The translations under genes were made by a program, and so were the position numbers. From a bacterium (GTDB lineage Bacteria; Patescibacteriota; Patescibacteriia; Patescibacteriales; GWC2-42-12), in assembly GCA_030649205.1 (NCBI GenBank), contig JAUSGE010000014.1, positions 28,717 to 92,716 on the forward strand: a stretch of 64,000 bases of DNA, given 5' to 3'. Shown piece after piece: positions 46,404-56,153 of this stretch (positions are counted from its first letter, which is position 1; every line of letters starts with the position of its first letter). A model generated the notes under the pieces. The model ran no database searches. It was given only the letters and a program-made list of their open reading frames with translations, and had not been told where the DNA came from.

Positions 46404-47849
46404 TGTAAAAATTTTATGATAATGTCCTACTAGCGTCAAATAGAAATGTCCTAACTGATGTGATAAGGTGTTTAGTTGTTTTTAATCAACTAAACATAAA
46501 ATCACATGGCTACGAACATAACTATGTCTTTACCCGAGGTAAAAAAGTATGACATTATCAAGCAAGTAATTAACAAAGAATTGAACGGCAGCCAAGCTGC
46601 CGGACTGCTGAATCTGACAACGCGCCAGATCAGGCGGCTAAAGAAAAAAGTAGATAAGCGCGGAATCAAAGCCTTGATCCACGGCAACCGAGGCAAGCCG
46701 GGCAACCGCCGCCTGCCGGCTAAAGAAAGGAAAAGAATAGCCGGCCTGATAAAACAGAAGTATCCGGATTTCGGCCCGACTCTGGCCGCGGAGAAATTAA
46801 CTGAATTGGACAAGATTGAGCGCAGCCGCGGCGCCGTTCGTTCCATCATGATCGCGGAAAAAATCTGGCAGCCCAAGTCCAAGAAAAAAGAAACCCACCG
46901 GGAATGGCGGCAGAGAAAAGCCTCTAAGGGCGAGCTGATCCAATACGATGGCTCTTACGAACATTGGTTTGAGGATCGGGGCGGAGAAATCTGCCTCTTG
47001 GCCTCGATTGATGACGCTAACAGCGAAGTCCGAGCCAGATTTGATGAACACGAGGGCGTTGAGCCGACATTCAGCTTCTGGCGGGACTACATTGAGCGTT
47101 TCGGCAAGCCCAATGCGATTTATGTGGATAAATTCAGCACTTATTCGATGAACCACAAACTGGCCAAAGAGAACCCTGATACCCTGACCCAGTTCGAACG
47201 AGCCATGACAGAACTGAATGTCGGCATCATCCACGCCCACAGCCCGCAAGCCAAAGGCCGGGTAGAAAAACTGTTCGGAACATTGCAGGACAGGCTGATT
47301 AAAGAATTAAGGCTGGCTGGCATTTCCACCATCAAAGAGGCAAATGAGTTCCTTGAAAGAGTATTCCTGCCGAAGTTCAACGCCAGGTTCATGGTTGAAC
47401 CCAGAAGCCGGGCTAATCTGCATAAGAAATTAAATGAGCAGGAAAAGAAAAAATTAGATTCCATTTTCTCGCGGCAGTACCGGAAAGTCGTGATGAACGA
47501 TTTCACCGTCAGCCACAAGAAACATTGCTATCAGCTGGAAAAAATCCAGCCGGTAACAATCTGCAAGCAAGATAGGGTTACCGTGGAAGAGCGGCTGGAC
47601 CGAACGATCCAATTCCGCCTCCGAGGCAAATATCTTAATTACAGGCTGTTGCCGGAAAAACCCAAAAAGATCAGCGACGCCAAAAACAGCTTGCAATGGG
47701 TCATCCCTAAGTCAACCGCCCACATACCGCCGGTCAACCATCCCTGGCGCCAAACAGCCAATTTAGAATATCTTAAAAAACTAACCAAAGTGTCAAAGTA
47801 GGACATTTCTAAAAAACGCCAAATAGGACATTTCTAAAAGACCTTTACA
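46404..47849 (+). mobile_element. Insertion sequence, IS1202/ISNCY-type, 1446 bp, with 14-bp target duplication
   Basis: Ends TGTAAA...TTTACA, with two AATGTCCTA sub-repeats in each end. Flanking direct repeat CTTCCTATGAAAAA at 46390-46403 and 47850-47863. Confidence 0.92.
46506..47801 (+). CDS. DDE transposase (IS1202/ISNCY, IS481-related)
   Basis: N-terminal HTH, HGNRG, YPDFGPT, QYDGS, YVDK, SPQAKGRVE..FGTLQDRL. Confidence 0.92.
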   Translation: MATNITMSLPEVKKYDIIKQVINKELNGSQAAGLLNLTTRQIRRLKKKVDKRGIKALIHGNRGKPGNRRLPAKERKRIAGLIKQKYPDFGPTLAAEKLTELDKIERSRGAVRSIMIAEKIWQPKSKKKETHREWRQRKASKGELIQYDGSYEHWFEDRGGEICLLASIDDANSEVRARFDEHEGVEPTFSFWRDYIERFGKPNAIYVDKFSTYSMNHKLAKENPDTLTQFERAMTELNVGIIHAHSPQAKGRVEKLFGTLQDRLIKELRLAGISTIKEANEFLERVFLPKFNARFMVEPRSRANLHKKLNEQEKKKLDSIFSRQYRKVVMNDFTVSHKKHCYQLEKIQPVTICKQDRVTVEERLDRTIQFRLRGKYLNYRLLPEKPKKISDAKNSLQWVIPKSTAHIPPVNHPWRQTANLEYLKKLTKVSK

Positions 47850-47855
47850 CTTCCT

Positions 47856-48860
47856 ATGAAAAAAATATTAATTACCGGCGGCGCCGGTTTCATCGGCTAT
47901 CATCTCGCCAATGAACTTCTAAAAAACCCCGCCAATCATCTGACCCTAGTTGATAATCTTCAGCGCGGCCGGATAGATGAAGATTTTAAGGCGCTTTTAA
48001 AAAATAAGCGGGTGCAATTCATTAAAGCAGACTTAACCGACCAAAAATTTTACAAAAAATTAGACAAAAATTTTGACCAAGTCTATCATCTGGCCGCCGT
48101 CAACGGCACCAAGTGGTTTTACAAAATGCCGCAGGAAGTGTTGCGCATTAACACTTTATCTTTAATTTATATCCTTGAATGGATAAAAAGTCTTAAGAAA
48201 AAAACAAAACTCTGTTTTACCTCTTCCAACGAGGCCTACGCCGGCGCGCTCGCGTCGTTTAATAAATTGCCTATCCCAACGCCGGAAAAAGTCCCTTTAG
48301 TTATCAGTGACACTTATAATCCGCGCTGGACTTATGGCGCCACAAAATTAGTCGGAGAGCTTTTCGTTATCTTTTACGCTAAAGTATATAATTTTCCGGC
48401 GATTATTGTCCGGCCGCATAATTTTTACGGCCCGCGCGCCGGCTATGATCATGTGTTGCCCGAATGGTCGCAAAAAATTATCGCTCGCCAGGACCCGTTT
48501 ACTATTTGCAGCCCGAAAGAAACCAGAACCTTCTGCTATATCACCGACGCGGTCAAAGCCATGCGAATGCTTATGGATTCATCAATAACCGATAACCAGC
48601 CGATTGAAACCGTCCATATCGGCGCCAGCGATGAAATTACCATGGAAAAATTGGCGGAGAAGATGTTTGAAGCGGCCGGCTGGAAGCCAAAAAAAATAAT
48701 CAGCCAGCCCTCGCCGGCAGGCAGCGTTAAGCGCCGCTTGGCTGATATAACAAAAATAAAAAAATTAATCGGCTGGCGGCCGGAAACAAAATTGGCGGAC
48801 GGGCTGAAAAAAACTTTTGAGTGGTACACGGTTCATTCTAAAAAATATGGTAAAGCTTAA
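47856..48860 (+). CDS. NAD-dependent epimerase/dehydratase
   Basis: [39 protein letters not shown]. Confidence 0.85.
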   Translation: MKKILITGGAGFIGYHLANELLKNPANHLTLVDNLQRGRIDEDFKALLKNKRVQFIKADLTDQKFYKKLDKNFDQVYHLAAVNGTKWFYKMPQEVLRINTLSLIYILEWIKSLKKKTKLCFTSSNEAYAGALASFNKLPIPTPEKVPLVISDTYNPRWTYGATKLVGELFVIFYAKVYNFPAIIVRPHNFYGPRAGYDHVLPEWSQKIIARQDPFTICSPKETRTFCYITDAVKAMRMLMDSSITDNQPIETVHIGASDEITMEKLAEKMFEAAGWKPKKIISQPSPAGSVKRRLADITKIKKLIGWRPETKLADGLKKTFEWYTVHSKKYGKA

Positions 48861-48971
48861 AATCGCCCCTGGAGACTTAAGGCATAAAATCATAAGCCGG
48901 CATTCTGTTTAAAAAAGTGGTACTTGGCATGCGATATAGAAAATTATTAAATTTTATTAATTGTTAATATT

Positions 48972-50927
48972 ATGTTAAAAATATACCTAGCTGATCTCGT
49001 GTACGATACTATCAAAACAAACTACACGGTTCCTCTTAATATTGCCTATATCGCGGCATTGCTTGAAAAAAGATTCAGCAAACAAGTCAAGATTATTCTT
49101 TTTAAGTATCCAAAGGAACTTGAAAAAGCCATATCTAAGGATCCTCCGGACATTATCGGGCTTAGCCATTATAGTTGGAATTCTAGGCTTAGCCTTCTTT
49201 TTGTTAATATGGTTAAAAGGTTGAACCCAAAGGTAATAACAGTAATGGGCGGACCAAATATAAGAACTGAACCATCTGGCATAAAGGCGTTCTTGAAAGC
49301 AAACCCGAATCTTGATTACTACATTATGTTTGAGGGGGAAGAGTCTTTTGCGGACTTGGTAGGAGGCATCCTCAACGGAAAAGTAAGACCAACCCCAAAT
49401 AGTTGCGCGACAATTATTGGCGGAAAACTGATTTATTCTCCCGTTGATTTTATCAAGAAACCAAAAGAGATTGACCTGCCAAGCCCATATCTTACAGGCT
49501 GGCTTAACAAATTTCTTAAGGACCCGAATATGATCCCCTTGCTTGAAACAAACAGAGGTTGCCCGTTTGGTTGTTTATATTGCGCCTGGGGAGTTACTAC
49601 ATTGTCAAAGGTAAGATTGAGGGATCTAAGCGTGATCAAAAAAGAGATCGAATATGTTGCTGAAAATTCCGCGGGTCAGGTAAAATGGATTTTTTGCGAC
49701 GCTAACTTTGGATTATTTGATCGTGATGTTGAAATTGCCAAGATTATAAGAAATGTCATGGACAAAAAAGGATTTCCAGTATTATTGGATCTTTACCATT
49801 CTAAAAATACGAGTGAAAGAAATATTGAGATAGCCAAGATAATAAAAACCCAATCGGGATATATTGCAATCCAGTCTTCTGACCCCTGCGTTCTTAAGTG
49901 TTGCGGCAGAGGCGGTATTAACATGGATCATATAAAAGCTCAGATTAAGTATTATAAAGATAATAACATGGAAGTTGGCACGGACATTCTTATCGGGCTT
50001 CCCGGAGAAAGCGTAAAAAACCACCTGACTTCCTTAAAGGACTCATTTGATATCGGATTTGATGATATTCGCCCGTATAATATCCGGCTTTTGCCTGGGT
50101 CAAAATATGAAGACGATACGCGCAGAAAGGAATATGCAATAAAGACAAAATTCAGGCCAATTTTTGGCGCATATGGCATCTATGATGAAAAGATTGTTTT
50201 TGAGATTGAGGAATCGGTCAGAGCTACAAAAGACATGTCCGAAAAAGAGCTTAACAATTTTAAGATTCATCATTGGCTGATCTATTTTGCCTGGAATGTA
50301 GGAATGTTTAAACCCATTCTCAAATTTGCTCAAAAAAGAGGCGCCAACCCCGGAGAAGTATTGGATAAACTCGCACATTCCAAGGATCCATCGATAAAGA
50401 GAATATTTGATTATATGAAGAATAAATCAATGGAAGAATGGTTTAATACAAAAGAGGATATGATCAAATTCTATAAGAGCCGGAGGAACTACGATAAACT
50501 CGTAAACGAATTTGTAAAACTAAACTTTTTGTACATCGCGCTGGTTTATAAAGATGCCGGTATATTAACATCAATCCAAAATGAACTAGTCAGAATCCTA
50601 AGAGAAGAATACCGTATTGGAGGTATATTATTTGACAAAACGCTAGACTTGACAGAAAAATTGGCCTGCAAGGACTTATTGCAAGGGGATACCAGTAAGA
50701 GAGTGAAATATCCCGGAGAGGTTGTCTCTTTAATAATAAATAATCCCGAGCTTTTAAAAAAACAAAGTGTTGAAGTTGAGATTTACAGGCCTAAGAAGTA
50801 TGATTCTTTATGCCGGTTTTATTTAATGCCTAATGGCAAAAAGGACATTTCTTTAAAAAATTTCACAAGGTTTTTGGAGAATGACGGAATGTTTACATTG
50901 AGGAACAAGATTAGATTGGTTAGTTAG
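48972..50927 (+). CDS. Cobalamin-binding radical SAM protein #6 (long, 651 aa)
   Basis: VPLNIAYIAA, SHYSWN, GGPN, EGE, ETNRGCPFGCLYCAWG, DANFG, LIGLPGES, LLPGS. Confidence 0.85.
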   Translation: MLKIYLADLVYDTIKTNYTVPLNIAYIAALLEKRFSKQVKIILFKYPKELEKAISKDPPDIIGLSHYSWNSRLSLLFVNMVKRLNPKVITVMGGPNIRTEPSGIKAFLKANPNLDYYIMFEGEESFADLVGGILNGKVRPTPNSCATIIGGKLIYSPVDFIKKPKEIDLPSPYLTGWLNKFLKDPNMIPLLETNRGCPFGCLYCAWGVTTLSKVRLRDLSVIKKEIEYVAENSAGQVKWIFCDANFGLFDRDVEIAKIIRNVMDKKGFPVLLDLYHSKNTSERNIEIAKIIKTQSGYIAIQSSDPCVLKCCGRGGINMDHIKAQIKYYKDNNMEVGTDILIGLPGESVKNHLTSLKDSFDIGFDDIRPYNIRLLPGSKYEDDTRRKEYAIKTKFRPIFGAYGIYDEKIVFEIEESVRATKDMSEKELNNFKIHHWLIYFAWNVGMFKPILKFAQKRGANPGEVLDKLAHSKDPSIKRIFDYMKNKSMEEWFNTKEDMIKFYKSRRNYDKLVNEFVKLNFLYIALVYKDAGILTSIQNELVRILREEYRIGGILFDKTLDLTEKLACKDLLQGDTSKRVKYPGEVVSLIINNPELLKKQSVEVEIYRPKKYDSLCRFYLMPNGKKDISLKNFTRFLENDGMFTLRNKIRLVS

Positions 50928-52419
50928 ATAGTCTGAGTTTTAAATCTAATTTTTTAGCGATTAAATCAACCAGCAGAGTTAATTTTTCTTTTTCAATTTC
51001 CGGCGCTTCTCCCTGTTCCCAGATTTTTGTTAAATCAATCGGCGCCGATTCTTCTAAGATAGCGCCGATAAAATTTTCCAGCTCGGTTTCGTCATGGCGG
51101 AAATTTTCCAATTGTTTTTTTATTAAGAATGGCAGCTGTTCAATTTCGTGGCAATGTTTTACCGTTGACAAGGCGTTATAAAAAACATCGCCGAAAGTAA
51201 TTATCGGTTTTTTGAATAATATGCCTTCCCAGCCGGTGGTGCCGGTAATGGTAGTTATTAATTTAGCGTTTTTGAGAAGGTCAAAAGAACCGGTACGGGG
51301 ATTTACTAATTTAACATTGGGAATTTTTTTCAGCTTTTTATAATAATCATGCGTCCGATAGCCGACCATAGTCGGGTGTTCTTTGACATAAAGTTTAAAG
51401 TGAAGCGGCAAGGATTTGGCAATTTGTTTAATTAAGTTGATTTGGTCGGTCCAGAAAGGCGCCATCAGCATAGTGGCAACCTCCGGCTCTAAATGGAGAG
51501 GAAAAAAAGCGAAATCTTCTTTTAAATCAATCTCATCATACAAATGCTTAAAACCGATTAACGACCGGACTTTTCGGCGCAGGCGGTCAAAGAAGTAAGT
51601 TAGCGGCTGCTCATCGCAGTAATCGCGGAATTGCTTTTTAAAAAAATAGCGCCAGCAGATAATCAGAAACCAGCTTAATGATTGGAAAAATTTTTTTGAA
51701 AATAGCCAGTTAATTTGCCGGCCTCGTTCAACGTCAATTTCGCTTTTTAAGTCATAATAAAAAGCGGCCGGGTGTTCACGAAATTCCAGGAGATATTTTT
51801 TAGCTTCGGCTAATTTTTGGCCTGAAACCTTGTTTTTGATGAAAAAAAGCTTGGCATAACTGAAATTTTTATAATTTTCCGTCAAAGTATAGCCATTATT
51901 TATCCGCGTTTCAGCGCCGATAAAAATTTTGATATTTTTCTTTTTAGCTATTTCATATAGCAATAGGCTGCTGATGCTGCCGACGATCGTCATAAAAATA
52001 AAATCAGGTTTTTCGCTTTCTAAAAAATATAAAATCGCCTTGGCCTTAACTTGAAAAATTTTCATCATTTCTTCGTGAGTGTATTTAGGAGTATCGTAGG
52101 GATATTCTCGCGCCAGCATATTGAACATCACTACTCGATCCAGGGTGACATAAGGCCAAAGATTGGGGATGCCATATTCTTGCTCAAAGTTATTAAGGAA
52201 GGCCAAATCTAATTTTTCATTATGGTAGCGCTCATGCAGATCTTCATCTAATATGAGGGAAGTATAATTGATTTCTTTTTGATTTTTAAGAAATTCAAAA
52301 CTGGAGCGGAGATAGACATAACCGCAAAAGTTTTCAACGCCGTATTTTTCTTTTAAAATAACGGCTACTTTATGGCCGACATAAGCGAAGCGCCGCTGGA
52401 GCAGAAAGCAAGCTTTCAT
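50920..52419 (-). CDS. KpsS/LipB-like capsule-synthesis protein, candidate CMP-ulosonate transferase
   Basis: FFPLHLEPE, LYVKEHP, TITGTTGWEG, FG..FY. Confidence 0.75.
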   Translation of the reverse strand: MKACFLLQRRFAYVGHKVAVILKEKYGVENFCGYVYLRSSFEFLKNQKEINYTSLILDEDLHERYHNEKLDLAFLNNFEQEYGIPNLWPYVTLDRVVMFNMLAREYPYDTPKYTHEEMMKIFQVKAKAILYFLESEKPDFIFMTIVGSISSLLLYEIAKKKNIKIFIGAETRINNGYTLTENYKNFSYAKLFFIKNKVSGQKLAEAKKYLLEFREHPAAFYYDLKSEIDVERGRQINWLFSKKFFQSLSWFLIICWRYFFKKQFRDYCDEQPLTYFFDRLRRKVRSLIGFKHLYDEIDLKEDFAFFPLHLEPEVATMLMAPFWTDQINLIKQIAKSLPLHFKLYVKEHPTMVGYRTHDYYKKLKKIPNVKLVNPRTGSFDLLKNAKLITTITGTTGWEGILFKKPIITFGDVFYNALSTVKHCHEIEQLPFLIKKQLENFRHDETELENFIGAILEESAPIDLTKIWEQGEAPEIEKEKLTLLVDLIAKKLDLKLRLSN

Positions 52420-52457
52420 TTTTTATGGAGTTATTATTAAATTAACGGTATATTGAA

Positions 52458-52531
52458 ATAATAGCACTATTCTAAAAAGTGTCAATAACCTAATGACCCC
52501 TGTTGACACCTTTTGACATATACGGTAAAAT
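52458..52531. promoter_or_regulatory. Divergent sigma70 promoters with 10-bp-spaced TGAC direct repeats
   Basis: Plus strand: TTGACA 52503-52508, 17 nt, TAAAAT 52526-52531. Minus strand: TTGACA 52485-52480, 16 nt, TGC-TATTAT. TGAC at 52494, 52504 and 52514. Confidence 0.65.
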
Positions 52532-52539
52532 GGTCATAT

Positions 52540-52788
52540 ATGGCTCAAGAAATAAAATCCAACGAAGTTTATACTACGGCCGAAACGCAGCAATTGCTGA
52601 AAATAAGCTCCAGTACGATTAAGCGCATGCTTAAAAAAAAGCTGATTAGAGCCAATAAGGTTGGCGGGCAGTATCGTATTTTAGGCAAGGAAATTTTGCG
52701 CTTGGTTTCTCCGGAGGTTGAAAAACAAGCGATTAAATCGTATTTAAAATTGAAGCAAAAAGTTGTGGATAAAATAAATAAATGGTAA
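52540..52788 (+). CDS. Excisionase/BldC-like helix-turn-helix DNA-binding protein (HTH_17)
   Basis: VYTTAETQQLLKISSSTIKRMLKKKLIRANKVGGQYRI. Confidence 0.85.
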   Translation: MAQEIKSNEVYTTAETQQLLKISSSTIKRMLKKKLIRANKVGGQYRILGKEILRLVSPEVEKQAIKSYLKLKQKVVDKINKW

Positions 52789-52806
52789 TTTTTATTAGTA
52801 TCATTT

Positions 52807-54594
52807 ATGATTTTGCCAAATAATAAATTAGTAAATTTTTCAAAAATTTTTTATAAAGCCTATTGGGGATATAAAAAGCAGATTTTAGCGTTAACGGCGC
52901 TTGGTTTTTTAAGCAGTTTGCTTGAGGGCATAGGCATTAATGTCGCCATTCCTATTTTTTCTTTTCTTTCAGGCACTAATAGCCAGGCCAATGATTTTAT
53001 TTCCGAAATAATTAAAAAATCTTTTGGCTTTTTTAGCATAAATTACAGTTTGAAATATCTGTTTATTTTTGTTTGCGGCTTGCTTATCTTCCGGGTTTTG
53101 GTTTTGCTCTTGTCTAATTACATTAAAATAAAAATTGCCGCCGTCTATGAAGAAAAAACCAGAGGCGAATTATTTAAGCTTACCGCTGAAGCTAATTGGC
53201 AATATTTATTAAAACAAAAATTAGGCCACTTGGAAACTATCTTGGTAACCAACGTTAGATATGGCAGCGTGCTCTTGCAATATATCAGCGACTGCTTGAT
53301 GATGGCGACGAGCTTGCTGGTTTTTCTTCTGGTGGCGATTAATATTTCCTGGCTAGTCACTTTAATTACCGTAGCGCTGGGCGGATTGATATTTTTCGCC
53401 TTTAAGCCGTTTTTACATAAAACCAGAACTTTGTCGCGGGAAAACGAAAAAATTAACCGCCAGACGTCTCACCATATCAATGAAAATATTTTAGGCATGA
53501 AAACCATAAAAGTAATGTCGGCCGGCGATAAGATAGTTGATAAGGCCAAGGAATATTTTAAAACTTTAAGGGAGTTGATTGTTAAAACTTCATTTTTAAG
53601 CATAGCGACCAACGCATTGATTCAGCCAATCGGCCTGATTTTTGTTTTTATTATTTTTGCCATTTCCTATAAAACCGGCATATTTAATTTCGCCGCCCTG
53701 GCCGCTATAATTTACTTGATCCAAAGAATATTCACTTACGGCCAGCAGCTGCAGACGACTTTTTACGTCATGACCAATTCCGCCTCTTACGTTGATAAAA
53801 TGCTTGAATATCGGGATGAGATAATAAAAAATAAAGAAATTGACAGCGGCACGGACAGCTTTAAATTTGATAATTTTTTAGAATTTAAAAATGTTAGTTT
53901 TTATTATGACCAGGCTAAACAGATATTGAATGAAGTCAATTTTACCGTTAACAAGGGGGAGATGATCGGCTTAATCGGCCCGTCCGGAGCCGGTAAAACT
54001 ACGATCGTTGATATAATTTTGCGCCTGTTTAATCCGGTCAAAGGCGAAATTTTATTAGACGGTAAAAATATAAATAAGATTGATATTAATGAATGGCGTA
54101 AAAATATCGGCTATGTTTCCCAAGATATTTTTCTTAAAAACGATACTATCGCCAATAATATAAAATTTTATAATGACGCGATTTCCGATAAAGAAATGGA
54201 AGTCGCGGCTAAAATGTCCAATATTTATGATTTTATACAGAGTTGCCCGGATAAATTTGCCAGCGTTATCGGAGAAAGGGGAATTTTATTATCGGCCGGG
54301 CAAAGACAGAGAATCGTTATCGCCAGAATTTTAGCCAGGCGTCCGGAAATTTTAATTTTGGATGAGGCCACCAGCGCTTTAGATAATGAGTCCGAAGTGC
54401 AGATTCAAAAGGTTATAGAAAATTTAAAAAATAAAGTAACGGTTTTATTAATCGCCCATCGCTTATCTACGGTAATGAATTGCACCAAGCTGTTAGTCCT
54501 GCAAGACGGAGAAATCAAAGAGCAGGGTTCGCCGGAAGAATTATTAGCGGATGAAAAATCTTATTTTTATAAAGTGAATAACATTAGAAAATAA
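52807..54594 (+). CDS. ABC transporter, MsbA/PglK-like TMD-NBD fusion (candidate glycan flippase)
   Basis: TM domain, Walker A GPSGAGKT, LSAGQRQR, ILDEATSALD, IAHRLST. Confidence 0.88.
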   Translation: MILPNNKLVNFSKIFYKAYWGYKKQILALTALGFLSSLLEGIGINVAIPIFSFLSGTNSQANDFISEIIKKSFGFFSINYSLKYLFIFVCGLLIFRVLVLLLSNYIKIKIAAVYEEKTRGELFKLTAEANWQYLLKQKLGHLETILVTNVRYGSVLLQYISDCLMMATSLLVFLLVAINISWLVTLITVALGGLIFFAFKPFLHKTRTLSRENEKINRQTSHHINENILGMKTIKVMSAGDKIVDKAKEYFKTLRELIVKTSFLSIATNALIQPIGLIFVFIIFAISYKTGIFNFAALAAIIYLIQRIFTYGQQLQTTFYVMTNSASYVDKMLEYRDEIIKNKEIDSGTDSFKFDNFLEFKNVSFYYDQAKQILNEVNFTVNKGEMIGLIGPSGAGKTTIVDIILRLFNPVKGEILLDGKNINKIDINEWRKNIGYVSQDIFLKNDTIANNIKFYNDAISDKEMEVAAKMSNIYDFIQSCPDKFASVIGERGILLSAGQRQRIVIARILARRPEILILDEATSALDNESEVQIQKVIENLKNKVTVLLIAHRLSTVMNCTKLLVLQDGEIKEQGSPEELLADEKSYFYKVNNIRK

Positions 54595-54608
54595 TTATTT
54601 TTTATATT

Positions 54609-56042
54609 ATGTTTAGCAAAAAAAATAAAATTTTATTCATAATTCACGATGTCTATCAAGAAGATAATCAATTGCCTCTGGGGTCGGCTTATTTAGCGGC
54701 AGCTTTAAATCAAAATGGAGCTTCCATTGAGGCTTACTGTATGGATGTTTTTCATTATACTAATAAAGAATTGGCCAAGCATTTAGAGGAAAACGAATAC
54801 GATTTAATCGGTTTGGGATTTTTGGCGGCCAGGTTTAATGAAACTGTTGTTGATTTGTGTAAAACCGTGAACGCCCATAAAAAAACCGCTTGGTTTATAT
54901 TAGGCGGGCAAGGGCCTTCCCCGATCCCCGAATATATTTTAAGAACGACCGGGGCCGATATAGTGGCGATCGGCGAAGCTGAAAATACCATCGTTGATTT
55001 GTTAAATTGTAAAATTAACAATGGCGATTTATCCCAGGTGAAAGGCATTGCTTATTTAAACAATGGCGAATTCCAATACACCGGACAGAACAAACTAATT
55101 ATCAAATTAGACGAAATTCCTTTTCCGCTTTGGGAGATATTTCCCATGCATAAATACACAAGCTGTTTCAATTTATTTAATCAGTTGCCCGAGGAAAAAA
55201 GTTTTTTGATTGCCACCAGCCGTGGTTGCACAAATCGCTGTAATTTTTGCTATCGCATGGAAAAAGGGATAAGGTTAAGAAGTATTGATAATATTATTGC
55301 GGAAATAAAGATTTTATTTTCACGATATGGCGTTAATTGCCATGCTTTTATCGACGATTTATTTGTTTTTAGCAAACAGCGTCTGCGGGAATTTGAACAA
55401 GCCCTGGCTCAGTCCGGGTTAAAAATAAAATTTAATTGTAATGCGCGAGTAGATATTATTGATAAAGAAATGGTAGAAATATTAAAAAGATGCGGTTGCC
55501 AATTTATTAATTTTGGCTTTGAATCATCCAGCAATGAAGTGCTTAAATTGATGCATAAAAATGCTACCGCCGAACAAAATATCAGAGCCTTGGAACTTGT
55601 TAAAGCAGACGGCGGCATCGGCATGGGTCTTAATTTTCTTTGGAATAATTTAGGCGACAATGAGGCGACTTTAAGGAAAAATGTTGAACTTATAAAAAAA
55701 TATAATACTTATTATCAATTGCGCACTATCCGGCCCGTAACTCCTTACCCCGGTTCTGACTTATATTATCAATTAATCAAGATGGGAAAACTAAAGGGGC
55801 CGGATGATTTTTTTAAAAAATTTAAGAATTCGGATTTAATGCTGGTAAATTTAATGGATATTCCGGATCATAAAGTTTACGAATTATTGCTGGAAGTAAA
55901 TTCTGATTTAATTTTAGACCATTATTCGCATACGGATGGCGATAGGGAAGAGGCGAAGCGTTTGATTCAGCAATTTTCAGATTTATATGCCGGCAAAACC
56001 GTTAAATTCCGCGGCGCCAGGCATTATGTAAAGAAAAATTAA
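54609..56042 (+). CDS. Cobalamin-binding radical SAM protein #7
   Basis: LPLGSAYLAA, GGQGPS, GEAE, SRGCTNRCNFC, DDLF, GFES, TPYPGS. Confidence 0.9.
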   Translation: MFSKKNKILFIIHDVYQEDNQLPLGSAYLAAALNQNGASIEAYCMDVFHYTNKELAKHLEENEYDLIGLGFLAARFNETVVDLCKTVNAHKKTAWFILGGQGPSPIPEYILRTTGADIVAIGEAENTIVDLLNCKINNGDLSQVKGIAYLNNGEFQYTGQNKLIIKLDEIPFPLWEIFPMHKYTSCFNLFNQLPEEKSFLIATSRGCTNRCNFCYRMEKGIRLRSIDNIIAEIKILFSRYGVNCHAFIDDLFVFSKQRLREFEQALAQSGLKIKFNCNARVDIIDKEMVEILKRCGCQFINFGFESSSNEVLKLMHKNATAEQNIRALELVKADGGIGMGLNFLWNNLGDNEATLRKNVELIKKYNTYYQLRTIRPVTPYPGSDLYYQLIKMGKLKGPDDFFKKFKNSDLMLVNLMDIPDHKVYELLLEVNSDLILDHYSHTDGDREEAKRLIQQFSDLYAGKTVKFRGARHYVKKN

Positions 56043-56153
56043 TTAAAAATCTATTTGTTAAAATAATGAAAAATATCAGATGGCAAAAGCAAGCCGGCGA
56101 GTGGAAAATGAAATATCAAGCCGTTTAAAGTTAATAAATTAAGTTAATAAAAT

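Noticed and set aside
52540-52788. Prophage or ICE excisionase
   Set aside because: No integrase, att sites or phage genes nearby. The context fits a transcriptional regulator better.
56066-56128. 20-codon ORF MKNIRWQKQAGEWKMKYQAV between rSAM #7 and neuA as a RiPP precursor
   Set aside because: Very short, with no leader/core pattern and no RRE or peptidase genes. More likely a gene remnant or chance ORF.
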